Below are positions 39,752-49,459 of a DNA stretch of 64,000 bases, piece after piece (positions within the stretch are counted from its first letter, which is position 1; the number at the start of each line of letters is the position of its first letter). A program made the translations under genes and the position numbers. The stretch is from a virus (Duplodnaviria; Caudoviricetes), in IMG/VR virus record IMGVR_UViG_3300021167_000098, positions 30,499 to 94,498 of that record; one strand, written 5' to 3'. A model generated the notes under the pieces. The model had not been told where the DNA came from. It saw nothing but the letters and a program-made list of their open reading frames with translations, and searched no databases.

Positions 39752-40839
39752 TAGTATTGTATCCAGTTTGTACCATCCCAGTATTCTCTTACTGAGTCTG
39801 TTGTGTTAAATCCATCCATGCCAAGATAAGGAGATGCTGGTCTACCTGCTGAAGTCCATGATTTTTCATCATTAGCTATACCAGCTATTACTATCTTTCT
39901 AACTCCTCTTGAAGTATAATAGATAGTACCCAATTGTGCATCATCAGCTAATGCTAATGCATTAGTTTCATATGTAGTTTTATTAGAATCAAATATAATT
40001 GCAGGAGCTAATGTAGATAAATTATCAAATATTACACCAGTTGAAGTATTATATATAATGGCATTTGTAGTATCACTACTAAATAGTCTTACATTTGCAT
40101 TAACTGTGCTATTAAGATCAACTGTAGAAGGATTAGTAAAAAATACATTTAAAAGATTATCTCCTGTTCCATCATTAAATATAGAACTTGAAGTTGGATT
40201 AATTGTACTTACTGATCCATAGAAGAATACACTGTTAACACCAGTAAAATTTAATCTACTTGTACCAGCAATATACTGAATCACTATATTTTGTAAGTTT
40301 AATACACTGTTATGAAAACTAAAAGATCTTGCTGTGTTAATAGTAAGTTGAGTAATACCTTCTAAAGTGATATGACAGTTATAAAATGTAACATTTGAAC
40401 TTGCTGTGACATTAAAACTACCAACAATACGTACAGTTTTATTATTTACTATTGTAGTTGATGATATTGCACAGTCTGTTTCTATTGATATAGTAAATTT
40501 ATTAGTTGCTGAATAAGCAACATATTCTAAAGCTTTTGACAAAGTTGCAAACTTAGCAAAAGGATATGCATTAAAAGCTAATGCATCATTACCAGTACTT
40601 GCATTTACTACAAGTGAACTTATTTCATTTGCTGCTATTCTTCCATAGGTAAATTCAAGAAAACTATGATTGGCAGTTTGTGAATTTGATTCAGCTATCC
40701 AATCATTGTCATTATCATCCCATACTTCAAATTGCTGCAATTCATAATTCCAACCACTTTGACCCATAACAGGAACATTAGGTCTCCCTGCTGTATCCCA
40801 TGATGGATATTGCTCTTCTACAATTCCTTTAACACTCAT
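39751..40839 (-). CDS. Fibre/spike-like protein with beta-helix-like core
   Basis: Asn/Thr/Ser-rich core. The W.TAGRP..P..G..G.N......E.WD...W module occurs at both termini. Confidence 0.6.
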   Translation of the reverse strand: MSVKGIVEEQYPSWDTAGRPNVPVMGQSGWNYELQQFEVWDDNDNDWIAESNSQTANHSFLEFTYGRIAANEISSLVVNASTGNDALAFNAYPFAKFATLSKALEYVAYSATNKFTISIETDCAISSTTIVNNKTVRIVGSFNVTASSNVTFYNCHITLEGITQLTINTARSFSFHNSVLNLQNIVIQYIAGTSRLNFTGVNSVFFYGSVSTINPTSSSIFNDGTGDNLLNVFFTNPSTVDLNSTVNANVRLFSSDTTNAIIYNTSTGVIFDNLSTLAPAIIFDSNKTTYETNALALADDAQLGTIYYTSRGVRKIVIAGIANDEKSWTSAGRPASPYLGMDGFNTTDSVREYWDGTNWIQY

Positions 40840-40848
40840 TATATATTA

Positions 40849-41607
40849 TTAATTATAATTAGAAAATAGTGCTAATGTTCCAATACTAACCCTAACAAAT
40901 GTTACAGATTTTCCTATAGCAAGAGTAGTTGGTAATGCTGTACTTCCAAAAGCAACATTTCCATTTAAATCTATTGTTATTGAGCCACTTGATTTTGAAT
41001 TTACAATAGTAACAAGTTTTTGATTTGCAGGACCAACAGCTAAAGCACTTGGTAAAATAATTGATCCTCTGTCAACATCATATATATTGACACTACCCCA
41101 AGTAGTTTGAGGATCTGTTGTATTAATTGTAAATGTTATTCCATCTGCTCCATTTGCACCTGTGGCTCCAGTTGCTCCTGTTGCTCCTGGAACACCTTGA
41201 ATACCTTGTATTCCTTGTGCACCATTTGAACCATTAGCACCAGCTGGTCCAGTTGGACCTGTAGGACCTGTAGCACCAGTGGCTCCTGTAGCACCAGTTG
41301 GACCTTGAGGTCCAGTTGGTCCAGCAGGTCCTGTGGGTCCTTGTATTTGTCCTACATCATCCCATGTAGTACCATTCCATACATGTCCATGTCCATCATC
41401 AGCTGTAATAAACATATCACCTATATCTCCACCATATGCTGGATTTAAATCACCTGCTTCATCAACACTACCTACAATAGTAACACCTGCACCATCAGTT
41501 CCATTAACACCAGGTATTCCTTGAGGTCCTTGTGGACCTGTAGGTCCTATTGGACCTTGTTCTCCAGCACCTTCTTGTGTTGGGACTATTCCTTTTATTT
41601 TACTCAT
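40849..41607 (-). CDS. Collagen-like (Gly-X-Y) fibre protein
   Basis: Two G-X-Y tracts (GPTGPQGPQGIPG; GPTGPAGPTGPQGPTGATGATG...) flank a GDMF...HVWNGTTWDDVGQIQGP module. Confidence 0.85.
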   Translation of the reverse strand: MSKIKGIVPTQEGAGEQGPIGPTGPQGPQGIPGVNGTDGAGVTIVGSVDEAGDLNPAYGGDIGDMFITADDGHGHVWNGTTWDDVGQIQGPTGPAGPTGPQGPTGATGATGATGPTGPTGPAGANGSNGAQGIQGIQGVPGATGATGATGANGADGITFTINTTDPQTTWGSVNIYDVDRGSIILPSALAVGPANQKLVTIVNSKSSGSITIDLNGNVAFGSTALPTTLAIGKSVTFVRVSIGTLALFSNYN

Positions 41608-41616
41608 TGTTTTTAA

Positions 41617-42795
41617 TTATGGGATTATACAAGTTGGTATGATTTCAAAATTATATTCACCTGATGCAGCATCTGCATGTACATCATATGTTAATGTATT
41701 TCCAACTATTACTTTATTAATAATCCAACTATTAGTATTTACTACCCAAGAAGTTGTTCCTGGACATGTACTTACATGAGCTGTAGTTAAATCTAATGTG
41801 TTACCAGTTGAACCTGGAGTTAAATTAATAAGTAAAGGAACTTCAGTATAGTAATTAATTACTGGATCTTTAATTCTTACAATAGTTAATGTCATTGATG
41901 AATCATATGCTATAATCCAATTATATTCATATGTCATTCCATTTCCTGGATTAGAAGGTCTATCATAAACTATGATTGCACCAGGTCTATCAGAAACTGG
42001 AATATTCAATGAATCTAATGCCCAAACTTTAGCAGCATCATCTTTTACAATCTCACCAGCAGCTCCATAAGCTATGGTAAATACTGAAGATGGAATTATA
42101 AATTTCTTATTTATATCAGCACTTGATGGAAAGTTTTGAAGTTGATTAAACAAAGGGCTAATAACTTGAATTACTGGACCACTTGTTTGATATTCATCTT
42201 CTCCTACTATACAATAAATACTGTATTGAAAACTTGCTTCTTCAAACAAATCAATTATCATACCCATAGCACTATAAGTACCATCAGTATTTAATGTAAA
42301 ACCAGCATCTAAATTTACTAATGAACCAATCTGTAATCTATATTCAGTTGTTCCATGTGAACAAGCTGTATCATTTATAGATACATCTCCACATAAACAA
42401 CCATCAAAATCAGATACTGCTCCAGATACTGGAGCACAAGTTGTAACTGTAACTGTCTCTTCATATATATTATTATCCTCATCTGGATCTATTAAACTAC
42501 CTTCAATAGTAGCTTCATTAACAAATGGAGCTTCAGTAATATCTATAATCTTAGTATTGATTTTAAGAGTTACTTCCTGTCCAACAGTAAGTAATCCAAT
42601 ATCCCATGTTACAGTTCTAGTACCTGTGTTATATGTAATTGTACCAACATTAGCTGGTATAGTATATGCATTTAAATACTTAATACCATCAGGTAGTACA
42701 TCTGTAACTACATTTTCTGTAGAATTAAATCCACCATTATTGGTTACTGGAATAGTCCAGGTATATAAATCATTATTTTGAGTTACTTGCCCCAT
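41617..42795 (-). CDS. DUF11-like Ig domain structural protein
   Basis: YTWTIPVTNNG....NVVTDVLPDGIKY...VTWDIGLL..GQEVTLKI...FVNEATI...DPDEDNN is the DUF11 pattern. Confidence 0.75.
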   Translation of the reverse strand: MGQVTQNNDLYTWTIPVTNNGGFNSTENVVTDVLPDGIKYLNAYTIPANVGTITYNTGTRTVTWDIGLLTVGQEVTLKINTKIIDITEAPFVNEATIEGSLIDPDEDNNIYEETVTVTTCAPVSGAVSDFDGCLCGDVSINDTACSHGTTEYRLQIGSLVNLDAGFTLNTDGTYSAMGMIIDLFEEASFQYSIYCIVGEDEYQTSGPVIQVISPLFNQLQNFPSSADINKKFIIPSSVFTIAYGAAGEIVKDDAAKVWALDSLNIPVSDRPGAIIVYDRPSNPGNGMTYEYNWIIAYDSSMTLTIVRIKDPVINYYTEVPLLINLTPGSTGNTLDLTTAHVSTCPGTTSWVVNTNSWIINKVIVGNTLTYDVHADAASGEYNFEIIPTCIIP

Positions 42796-42802
42796 TATTA
42801 TA

Positions 42803-44122
42803 TTATATTTTATTTATTGAAAAATTGCTGTCTGAGTGTCCATGTACTCCTGTTGGATTTAACACAGGTGTAAATGTAATTAATAATATATCCCCACTTA
42901 ATTCTGTAAATTTGACATAGTTGAATGCATTAGTACCATTACTAAATGAGAGTATTCCAAATTTAGTAGACATTAGGTTATGTAATGTCTGATTTGAACT
43001 AGGTGGTTGTTCTACATAAGAATAAGATTTATGGCTTAATATACTATTTCCACTTATATTAAAGATTCTAATTTTATTATCCCAATCACCTATATGATAA
43101 AGTTTATTACCATGTCTTACCATTCTATTACACCATTGATGTGTTGGATCTGTTGCATTATACCCATGAAACCAAGTATCACTAGCTGTATATATAAGTT
43201 TCAGTCCAGCTAAAGGATTATTTGTATCAAACAGATAATATCTTGATATCTTATCAGTATAATTTTCTGTTGCTACAAGAAATATATTATCTTCCCATAA
43301 AACTACAGCTTGTACTCTATTTGGTCCTGTGTATAATACAGGACTATTAAAGTTAACAATAGATGTATTATATAAAATACTTTTTAAATTAGTAAACTGA
43401 AAAGTCCAATTATTAGCATCATATCCAATAGTGGTTAATTTTTCATAATATTCATTTATATTTCTTCTTGTAGAAGTTCTATGTGATTCTACAGTTGACT
43501 GACACCATCTTTCACTCCTACCATATATATGTGTTTCAGACAATTGATAATCTTGTATCCAAGCTTGCCCATTTTGTTCATTATAAACCATTCTCAATGA
43601 ATCCTCTTTACAGATACTAGATGGTCTTAGTTTTATTATATTAGATGTAGCCTTACAGCCTTCTGAATCAGTAACAATTACTTGTACTTCAATTGCCCCC
43701 ATATAAATAAAACAAAACTTATTTACATTTGGTATAGGTTCTTTGGTATTATTAATAAATGGATTGTTGTTACTTCCATTAATTAGCCATAAATAAGAAT
43801 ATGGAGCTTTTCCTCCAGTTACATTAACTGAAAAACAAATCTCATCCCCAAGACAATTTGCTACTTTACTATTAATTAAAGTAGCAACCATCCCACAATC
43901 ACAAACTGGAACTTCTATTCTTAGTGAATAACTAGAATTAGAAACTATAAAACTTGTAACAAGATTAGGATTAACAATAATTGAATTATCTACAACTGGT
44001 AGTGGGTTCCCATTCTGATCAATAGCAAATGTAGCACTAACAAATATATAATATCTGTTATATGCTCCATCTACCTTTTTACAAAAGGTTCTTATTACCT
44101 GTATTGGTCCTTCTTTAGCCAT
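42803..44122 (-). CDS. Ig-like plus possible beta-propeller structural protein
   Basis: VNVTGGKAPYSYLW...VIVTDSEGCK (SprB-like) followed by an aromatic, beta-rich C-terminal domain. Confidence 0.55.
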   Translation of the reverse strand: MAKEGPIQVIRTFCKKVDGAYNRYYIFVSATFAIDQNGNPLPVVDNSIIVNPNLVTSFIVSNSSYSLRIEVPVCDCGMVATLINSKVANCLGDEICFSVNVTGGKAPYSYLWLINGSNNNPFINNTKEPIPNVNKFCFIYMGAIEVQVIVTDSEGCKATSNIIKLRPSSICKEDSLRMVYNEQNGQAWIQDYQLSETHIYGRSERWCQSTVESHRTSTRRNINEYYEKLTTIGYDANNWTFQFTNLKSILYNTSIVNFNSPVLYTGPNRVQAVVLWEDNIFLVATENYTDKISRYYLFDTNNPLAGLKLIYTASDTWFHGYNATDPTHQWCNRMVRHGNKLYHIGDWDNKIRIFNISGNSILSHKSYSYVEQPPSSNQTLHNLMSTKFGILSFSNGTNAFNYVKFTELSGDILLITFTPVLNPTGVHGHSDSNFSINKI

Positions 44123-44973
44123 TATTGATTAAATGTTACACCACCAGAGTTTTTAAATCCAACTCCAGATTTTGATATTTCTAAATCTGTTTCCATATCT
44201 GTTACTGCACCTGTACATTTATTACATACTTCAGTAAGACTATCATATTCCACTCCTATACATAAATCAGGAATTGTTATATTTAAAAATCCTGTTGATA
44301 CTAATCCCCAGAAACTACAATGAATTTCATACTTAATAGGTAATGGTATTCCAAATATTGGTGCTGAAGATATACTATAAGCTAATACTCCTAAACTACT
44401 AATTGTAGCTGAAGTAATACTTGAAGGATATGATACAACATTATATGTTAAAGTTCCTCCAGTACATCCTGTAAGTACAGAACCTACTTTCATATCTGAA
44501 GTAGAAGATGCTCCACAAGTACTATTTATATTGGCTGTAACTGCTGTTAAACATAATCCAGTATCTGGATTACAAGTAGCACAGTTAACATCAACACATA
44601 AGTTTTTAAATCCTATTTTAACATTAAAGAAAACAGATGTGTTTTTAACTACATCTTTAACCTTAATATTAACACTAGCATATTTATTTATTGGTAATTC
44701 TGGAACACTTGTAAATGAAAGAATATTATCTGTAATCAATAAATCTTTAACTCCTTTTCCATTTGAACTTAATGTAAATAATAAATTATCTGCTATATAT
44801 CCAGAAGGCATCTTTTCAAGTAGATCAACAGATCCATTTTGAAAATTAGCAGTTACTGAATCAGCAGGTAATACAATTAGATTTGGATATCCAAAGCAAT
44901 TACTACAATTTGGTTTTGGTGGTACTGGTGGTCCATATATTACACATGAACATCTTTTACTAGCCATTAACAT
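44122..44973 (-). CDS. Cys-rich two-repeat beta-sandwich structural protein
   Basis: Internal duplication ending NLCVDVNCATCNPDTGLC / DLCIGVEY...CNKCTG. Confidence 0.55.
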   Translation of the reverse strand: MLMASKRCSCVIYGPPVPPKPNCSNCFGYPNLIVLPADSVTANFQNGSVDLLEKMPSGYIADNLLFTLSSNGKGVKDLLITDNILSFTSVPELPINKYASVNIKVKDVVKNTSVFFNVKIGFKNLCVDVNCATCNPDTGLCLTAVTANINSTCGASSTSDMKVGSVLTGCTGGTLTYNVVSYPSSITSATISSLGVLAYSISSAPIFGIPLPIKYEIHCSFWGLVSTGFLNITIPDLCIGVEYDSLTEVCNKCTGAVTDMETDLEISKSGVGFKNSGGVTFNQ

Positions 44974-45458
44974 TTACATTTTATACAACTAAGTTCATCA
45001 GCTGCCTTTTTTAAAAAATCTATTGCTTTCTCAGGTTTATTAAACCTAGCATTTACTTTGACACTATCTAAAAGAAATTCAATATGTTGTATTTGTTCAA
45101 AATCTTTAAGATCATTTAAATCTGCTTGAGCAATTAAATGATCTAATTTACAAGATAATTTACAAGTATTAGCTGAATTTCTTATATATTCATTGCCATA
45201 ATTACTATACTTAAAACAGTAAACACCATCTGTGAAGGAGAAGTTCTTATTACCTAATAAATCTTCTGCATTAAATACATTAGCCTTGTCAGTAAAGACT
45301 TCAACATCTACTCCTGTATCAAATCCAGGAAATGTTATATTAACAATATAAGAAGTGGGTTTCACATTGGAAACCCACGAACTTACATCTTGGTATATTA
45401 ATTTCTTGCAGTCAATATAGGAGAATATAAAATCATAATTTATTATTCTCTCTTGCAT
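44967..45458 (-). CDS. Conserved crAss-like structural protein, probable tail hub subunit
   Basis: YQDVSSW...VNITFPG...NVFNAEDL...FTDGVYCFKY pattern and position downstream of the auxiliary capsid gene. Confidence 0.5.
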   Translation of the reverse strand: MQERIINYDFIFSYIDCKKLIYQDVSSWVSNVKPTSYIVNITFPGFDTGVDVEVFTDKANVFNAEDLLGNKNFSFTDGVYCFKYSNYGNEYIRNSANTCKLSCKLDHLIAQADLNDLKDFEQIQHIEFLLDSVKVNARFNKPEKAIDFLKKAADELSCIKCKC

Positions 45459-45469
45459 TGCTAGTCAGA

Positions 45470-46060
45470 TTAATCTTCACATGGTGAAGCTTCACATAAT
45501 GCTTCTGAAGCAAATGCCCCTGATCCTTTATTACCTGGAGTAACAACACAGTTGTTAGTTACACAAGAATAACATTGTTGTACTACAAATGCATCAAGAG
45601 TTTTAACACATCCTGAAGCAGTATGAGTCAATGTAATAACTTTAGAACCTGCTGTAAGTGCATCACCTACTGCTAATGGAGAAGCTGAAATAGCCATAGT
45701 TACACCAGTTAAATTACCAGCAGAACCTCCCATAACAAATCCAGTTACACAGTCATAAGAAGGAGTATAAGTCCTTCCTGCATATGGATCTGGAATACAG
45801 AAGTTTTGATCTGTTGTTCCTGTAACATTATCTATGTCACCTGTAGCTTCATTAGTTAATACTAGTACACCATTTCTGATAGCTATAGTATAAGAAGTTC
45901 CAGTTACCTGATCATCTAATCTAATTAATCTTTCACAACAATCTATTCCACAACATTTTGCCTCCTCTCTAAGAGCATCAGTAAGATTCTCAAATCCTAC
46001 TCTCTCTCCTTTATAATTTTTAGTATAAAGGACACCCCTTTGTACTTTTACTTTACCCAT
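45470..46060 (-). CDS. Cys-rich structural protein
   Basis: 196-aa ORF with KCCGIDCC and a C-terminal YSC....C.......G.F.S...C...C module. Confidence 0.55.
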   Translation of the reverse strand: MGKVKVQRGVLYTKNYKGERVGFENLTDALREEAKCCGIDCCERLIRLDDQVTGTSYTIAIRNGVLVLTNEATGDIDNVTGTTDQNFCIPDPYAGRTYTPSYDCVTGFVMGGSAGNLTGVTMAISASPLAVGDALTAGSKVITLTHTASGCVKTLDAFVVQQCYSCVTNNCVVTPGNKGSGAFASEALCEASPCED

Positions 46061-46081
46061 TTTTTTGTTTTTTGTTTGGTT

Positions 46082-46118
46082 AAGAATAAACTCTTAGTAG
46101 GGTTGCCCCTACCAAGAA
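46082..46118 (-). terminator. Intrinsic terminator/stem-loop after the capsid genes
   Basis: Minus strand TTCTTGGTAGGG-GCAA-CCCTACTAAGAG then TTTATTCTT: GNRA-capped stem with U-rich tail in the 46061-46149 gap. Confidence 0.7.
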
Positions 46119-46149
46119 TCTAAACAAATTAAAATTATAAATCAATTAA

Positions 46150-47733
46150 TCAAAAATGCGTATGTGCATAGTTAAGATCAGGTATAGGGTTGCAATAATT
46201 GTCATTGAAGTACTGATTAAATGCATTAGTTATAGCTGTCTTAGTAGTTGTATCTCCATTAGGTGTTAAGATGATAGTTGTACCATTTAAAACATTTGTG
46301 TGACTAATGAACTCCATTGGAGCACTTGGACCCATATGTTCAATTACTAATGATGCATAATCAATTCTTGGATTAACCTCAACAGCATTTACTCTGTCTT
46401 TTCTACCTGGAGTTCCTAATGGTCCATAATGTCTGTTATCACCATTTTGTCCTCTTCCTGATCCACCATTAGAGGAATTGTATTCTCTAAGTGCCCAAGT
46501 AATACCTAAACCTGTTGGTTGAGTAGCTACTTGAATATCTTTTACTGTGAAAGGAAATGGAGTATTTTTTCCACCATAGATGTTTACATCTCTTGTTAAA
46601 TACCTTGGAGGCATTAAATCAATGTAGCAGCTATAATCAAATTCAATTGGTCTTGCCATTACTCTGAATCCATAAGTTGGAGTAATTGTACTACCTTCAG
46701 CATCACAAAGTAAGCTATCAGCAGCAATATCAATTGCTTCAAAAGGGTTAGTTGTAGAACAAGGAGCTACAGCTACAGTTGCACCAACATTAGATAATGT
46801 TTGTAAATTACCAATTGGTAAACAAGTATTAATCTCTATTTGGTAAGGACAGCATTGACCTACTGATTTAAGAATAGTAGCAGTACCTTTTCCACCTAAA
46901 GCAGCTGTAATCTGATCTGCTACATATTGTAACTGACCAAAAGAAGTGTAATTTGCATTACCAGCAATAGTAGTGAAATCAAAATCTACAACATCACCAT
47001 CTATTTCTAATCCTGTAATACCAGCTACATAAGCACATGTTTCACATGCAGAGTTTACTGGAGAAATACAAAACTGATAAGATGTTGAATACAAAGGAGC
47101 AAAAGCAAAAGGGAAATCCTGTTGAGGGAATGGTCCTGTTCTTAAATTCTTTCTCCTATCCAATCTTACTGGATTGTTAATTTGATCATTCAATGATTTA
47201 ACCAACTTAGAACAATCCATAGGATCATCACATGCTGTACATAAATCAGAAGGAACATAACCAGTAAATGTCCAAACAGGATTTGTTTGATATGGAAACT
47301 CATTCATGGTACTGTGATCAGTAACAGTAATGTTGATAGCAACTGGTTCATTGCTTGGTAAGCATTTAGTTAATACAGCATCTTTAATTGCTGTTAGACC
47401 ACAAGCTGCATTAGAAGCAATTGCTGTTCTAATATGACAACCATGGAATATATCACCAAATGACTTTCTGATATCAGTTGAATAACCTTTACCTTCACCA
47501 TCATAACCTACTCCCAATACAAATCTTCCATTATCTGTTTTGTTCCAAGTGGCAACATTTACAGTTAACAAAGTTACTGGATCATAAATTACTAACTGAC
47601 CTGGAGGTACATTAACTGTTGGTCCTTTTCCAGTAGTATTTGCAGTATTATAAACTGCTACTCCACCACCTGGTCCAAAAAATCCTAAGTTACCTTTGGT
47701 AACAAGAAAATTTTCTCTAATTTTTCTAGACAT
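46150..47733 (-). CDS. Probable auxiliary capsid (decoration) protein
   Basis: 527 aa, beta-rich, three genes downstream of the MCP and followed by a terminator, as for crAss-like auxiliary capsid proteins. Confidence 0.55.
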   Translation of the reverse strand: MSRKIRENFLVTKGNLGFFGPGGGVAVYNTANTTGKGPTVNVPPGQLVIYDPVTLLTVNVATWNKTDNGRFVLGVGYDGEGKGYSTDIRKSFGDIFHGCHIRTAIASNAACGLTAIKDAVLTKCLPSNEPVAINITVTDHSTMNEFPYQTNPVWTFTGYVPSDLCTACDDPMDCSKLVKSLNDQINNPVRLDRRKNLRTGPFPQQDFPFAFAPLYSTSYQFCISPVNSACETCAYVAGITGLEIDGDVVDFDFTTIAGNANYTSFGQLQYVADQITAALGGKGTATILKSVGQCCPYQIEINTCLPIGNLQTLSNVGATVAVAPCSTTNPFEAIDIAADSLLCDAEGSTITPTYGFRVMARPIEFDYSCYIDLMPPRYLTRDVNIYGGKNTPFPFTVKDIQVATQPTGLGITWALREYNSSNGGSGRGQNGDNRHYGPLGTPGRKDRVNAVEVNPRIDYASLVIEHMGPSAPMEFISHTNVLNGTTIILTPNGDTTTKTAITNAFNQYFNDNYCNPIPDLNYAHTHF

Positions 47734-47772
47734 TATTACTAGTTTTTAAAATATTTATTATTAAGTTTTATT

Positions 47773-48501
47773 CTATTTCTGTTCTCCTCCTATAAATAGG
47801 TTTTGTGAAAACATAATTTTATTTAATTGTGTCTGATAATCTGTTGTATCACCTAAATCTCTCATGCCTATTAATGCAGCAACATCACAAATAGTTCTCA
47901 TTTGATCTGTTGAATCTAAATATAATCCAGAATCAGTATTTATTATTTTACCATCAGCAGCCTCATACTGTCCATCTTCAGCAAGTGAAGCAGTTGTAAT
48001 ATCAGGATGCTTTTTAATATAATCAATCATTATTTCACTAATTCCAAATCCATCTACATATACATCCATGTTTTTATGAGTGTTTAAAATTCCTATTGTT
48101 TCTTCCCATTCAAATGAAGGTTTAAGAAAAGGACTTCTAAGAGACTCAGATAACTTTTGATGTTGTATCTTTCTTACAATTAATGATCTTTCATCATTAC
48201 ATTTGGTACTATTAGCCTTTGCTAATATTCTAAGTATTTTTAAATGTTCAGGTAAATCAACTTGCACTTTACCAGTTAATGGTTTTGCAGTCATTACATG
48301 ATCTCTAACTACTAATGGTTCTAAATCAAGAGCTAAATCTTCTCTTACCTCATAAAGTACCAATGAGTTCTTTATACAGAACTGTGTGGCTTCAGTTAGA
48401 ATAGAGTCTGCATCAGCTACTGTAAATTTCTTAGCATAGTCTGACATAAATCTATTCCATCTTCTTCTAACTTCATATTGTAAGATGGTAGATGCTATCA
48501 T
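47773..48501 (-). CDS. Tail ring/head-tail connector protein, crAss-like
   Basis: DLEPLV...L.SPF.KPSFEWEE...MIDYIKKHP...ICDVAA pattern; second gene after the MCP. Confidence 0.6.
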   Translation of the reverse strand: MIASTILQYEVRRRWNRFMSDYAKKFTVADADSILTEATQFCIKNSLVLYEVREDLALDLEPLVVRDHVMTAKPLTGKVQVDLPEHLKILRILAKANSTKCNDERSLIVRKIQHQKLSESLRSPFLKPSFEWEETIGILNTHKNMDVYVDGFGISEIMIDYIKKHPDITTASLAEDGQYEAADGKIINTDSGLYLDSTDQMRTICDVAALIGMRDLGDTTDYQTQLNKIMFSQNLFIGGEQK

Positions 48502-49428
48502 TTAAGACTTTTCTTTTTCTTTAACAGCATCAATTATTTTCTCAAGAGTATCCTTGTTGTTAGCATCAGAAAGGAACTTTAGCATTTCTTTCTCATCTCT
48601 TGCAACAATTGTACCACCATATGTGAATCCCTTAGCTTTATCAAATCTAATAACAGAAGCTAATTTAGCTTTACTGATTAAAGATTTAATAGAAACAGTT
48701 TCACTATCTTCCTTAGCAATAGCCATGAATTTCTCCCTGTTAAATAAGTTATCTTCACCTCTATGTTGAGATTTTAGATAAGCATACATTGCTAATTTCA
48801 ATGAATCAGGATCTTGCATATCTGAAGCCTTAAAGCCTAATGCTGAAGCAATCATAAGTTTCTTATCATGGACTAATCCTTCAAATAAAACTATTGCATC
48901 AATCTCACTATTAACTTGGTCAAGCTCAAATTGTCTATCTCCTTGTTCATCTGATATGATAAATCTAACATTACCAGCCATTAAACCATTTCCTCTACTT
49001 CCAAATATTGTATTATTCTTCATAGCTTCAAAGATAATTTTATCTTTGGCAACATCCTTCAATAAAGAAGTTTGTCCTTCAAAACTAATTACCCTTAGTT
49101 TAGTGTGATTAAAAAATGGATCTCTTTCATCAAAGATATCTGCTGTCTCAATAAGCTGTCCTTGTTTAGAACCTCTTTCATAAGTCAACTTACATTTTTT
49201 AACCAGTTCATTAAGCTCATCTTCTCCTAAAGAGATTTTCCATCTATGTGTACCCATTGACCAAATAGGTCTGGTTGAGGACAATGTATTTGGATATCTA
49301 TCTCTTAATTCACCATTACTGGTAGACATCACATTTCCATTTTGATCTTTATATTCAATAATATTTTTAGCTGTCTGAAAATGATGCTTAATGTTTTTAG
49401 CTGGTTTTATAATTATTCTATTACTCAT
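48502..49428 (-). CDS. Conserved crAss-like protein downstream of the MCP
   Basis: 308 aa with C-terminal LISKA....VI....GFTYG........MLKFL...NN motif; conserved position. Confidence 0.6.
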   Translation of the reverse strand: MSNRIIIKPAKNIKHHFQTAKNIIEYKDQNGNVMSTSNGELRDRYPNTLSSTRPIWSMGTHRWKISLGEDELNELVKKCKLTYERGSKQGQLIETADIFDERDPFFNHTKLRVISFEGQTSLLKDVAKDKIIFEAMKNNTIFGSRGNGLMAGNVRFIISDEQGDRQFELDQVNSEIDAIVLFEGLVHDKKLMIASALGFKASDMQDPDSLKLAMYAYLKSQHRGEDNLFNREKFMAIAKEDSETVSIKSLISKAKLASVIRFDKAKGFTYGGTIVARDEKEMLKFLSDANNKDTLEKIIDAVKEKEKS

Positions 49429-49459
49429 TTTTGATTTATATTTTAATTTTGATTTTTGA

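Noticed and set aside
41150-41570. Tandem ggtcc/ggacc/gcacc DNA repeats
   Set aside because: Explained by Gly-X-Y collagen coding.
37006-44973. Diversity-generating retroelement or invertible fibre cassettes
   Set aside because: No reverse transcriptase or recombinase, no adenine-variable template/variable repeat pair seen, and all genes are co-oriented.
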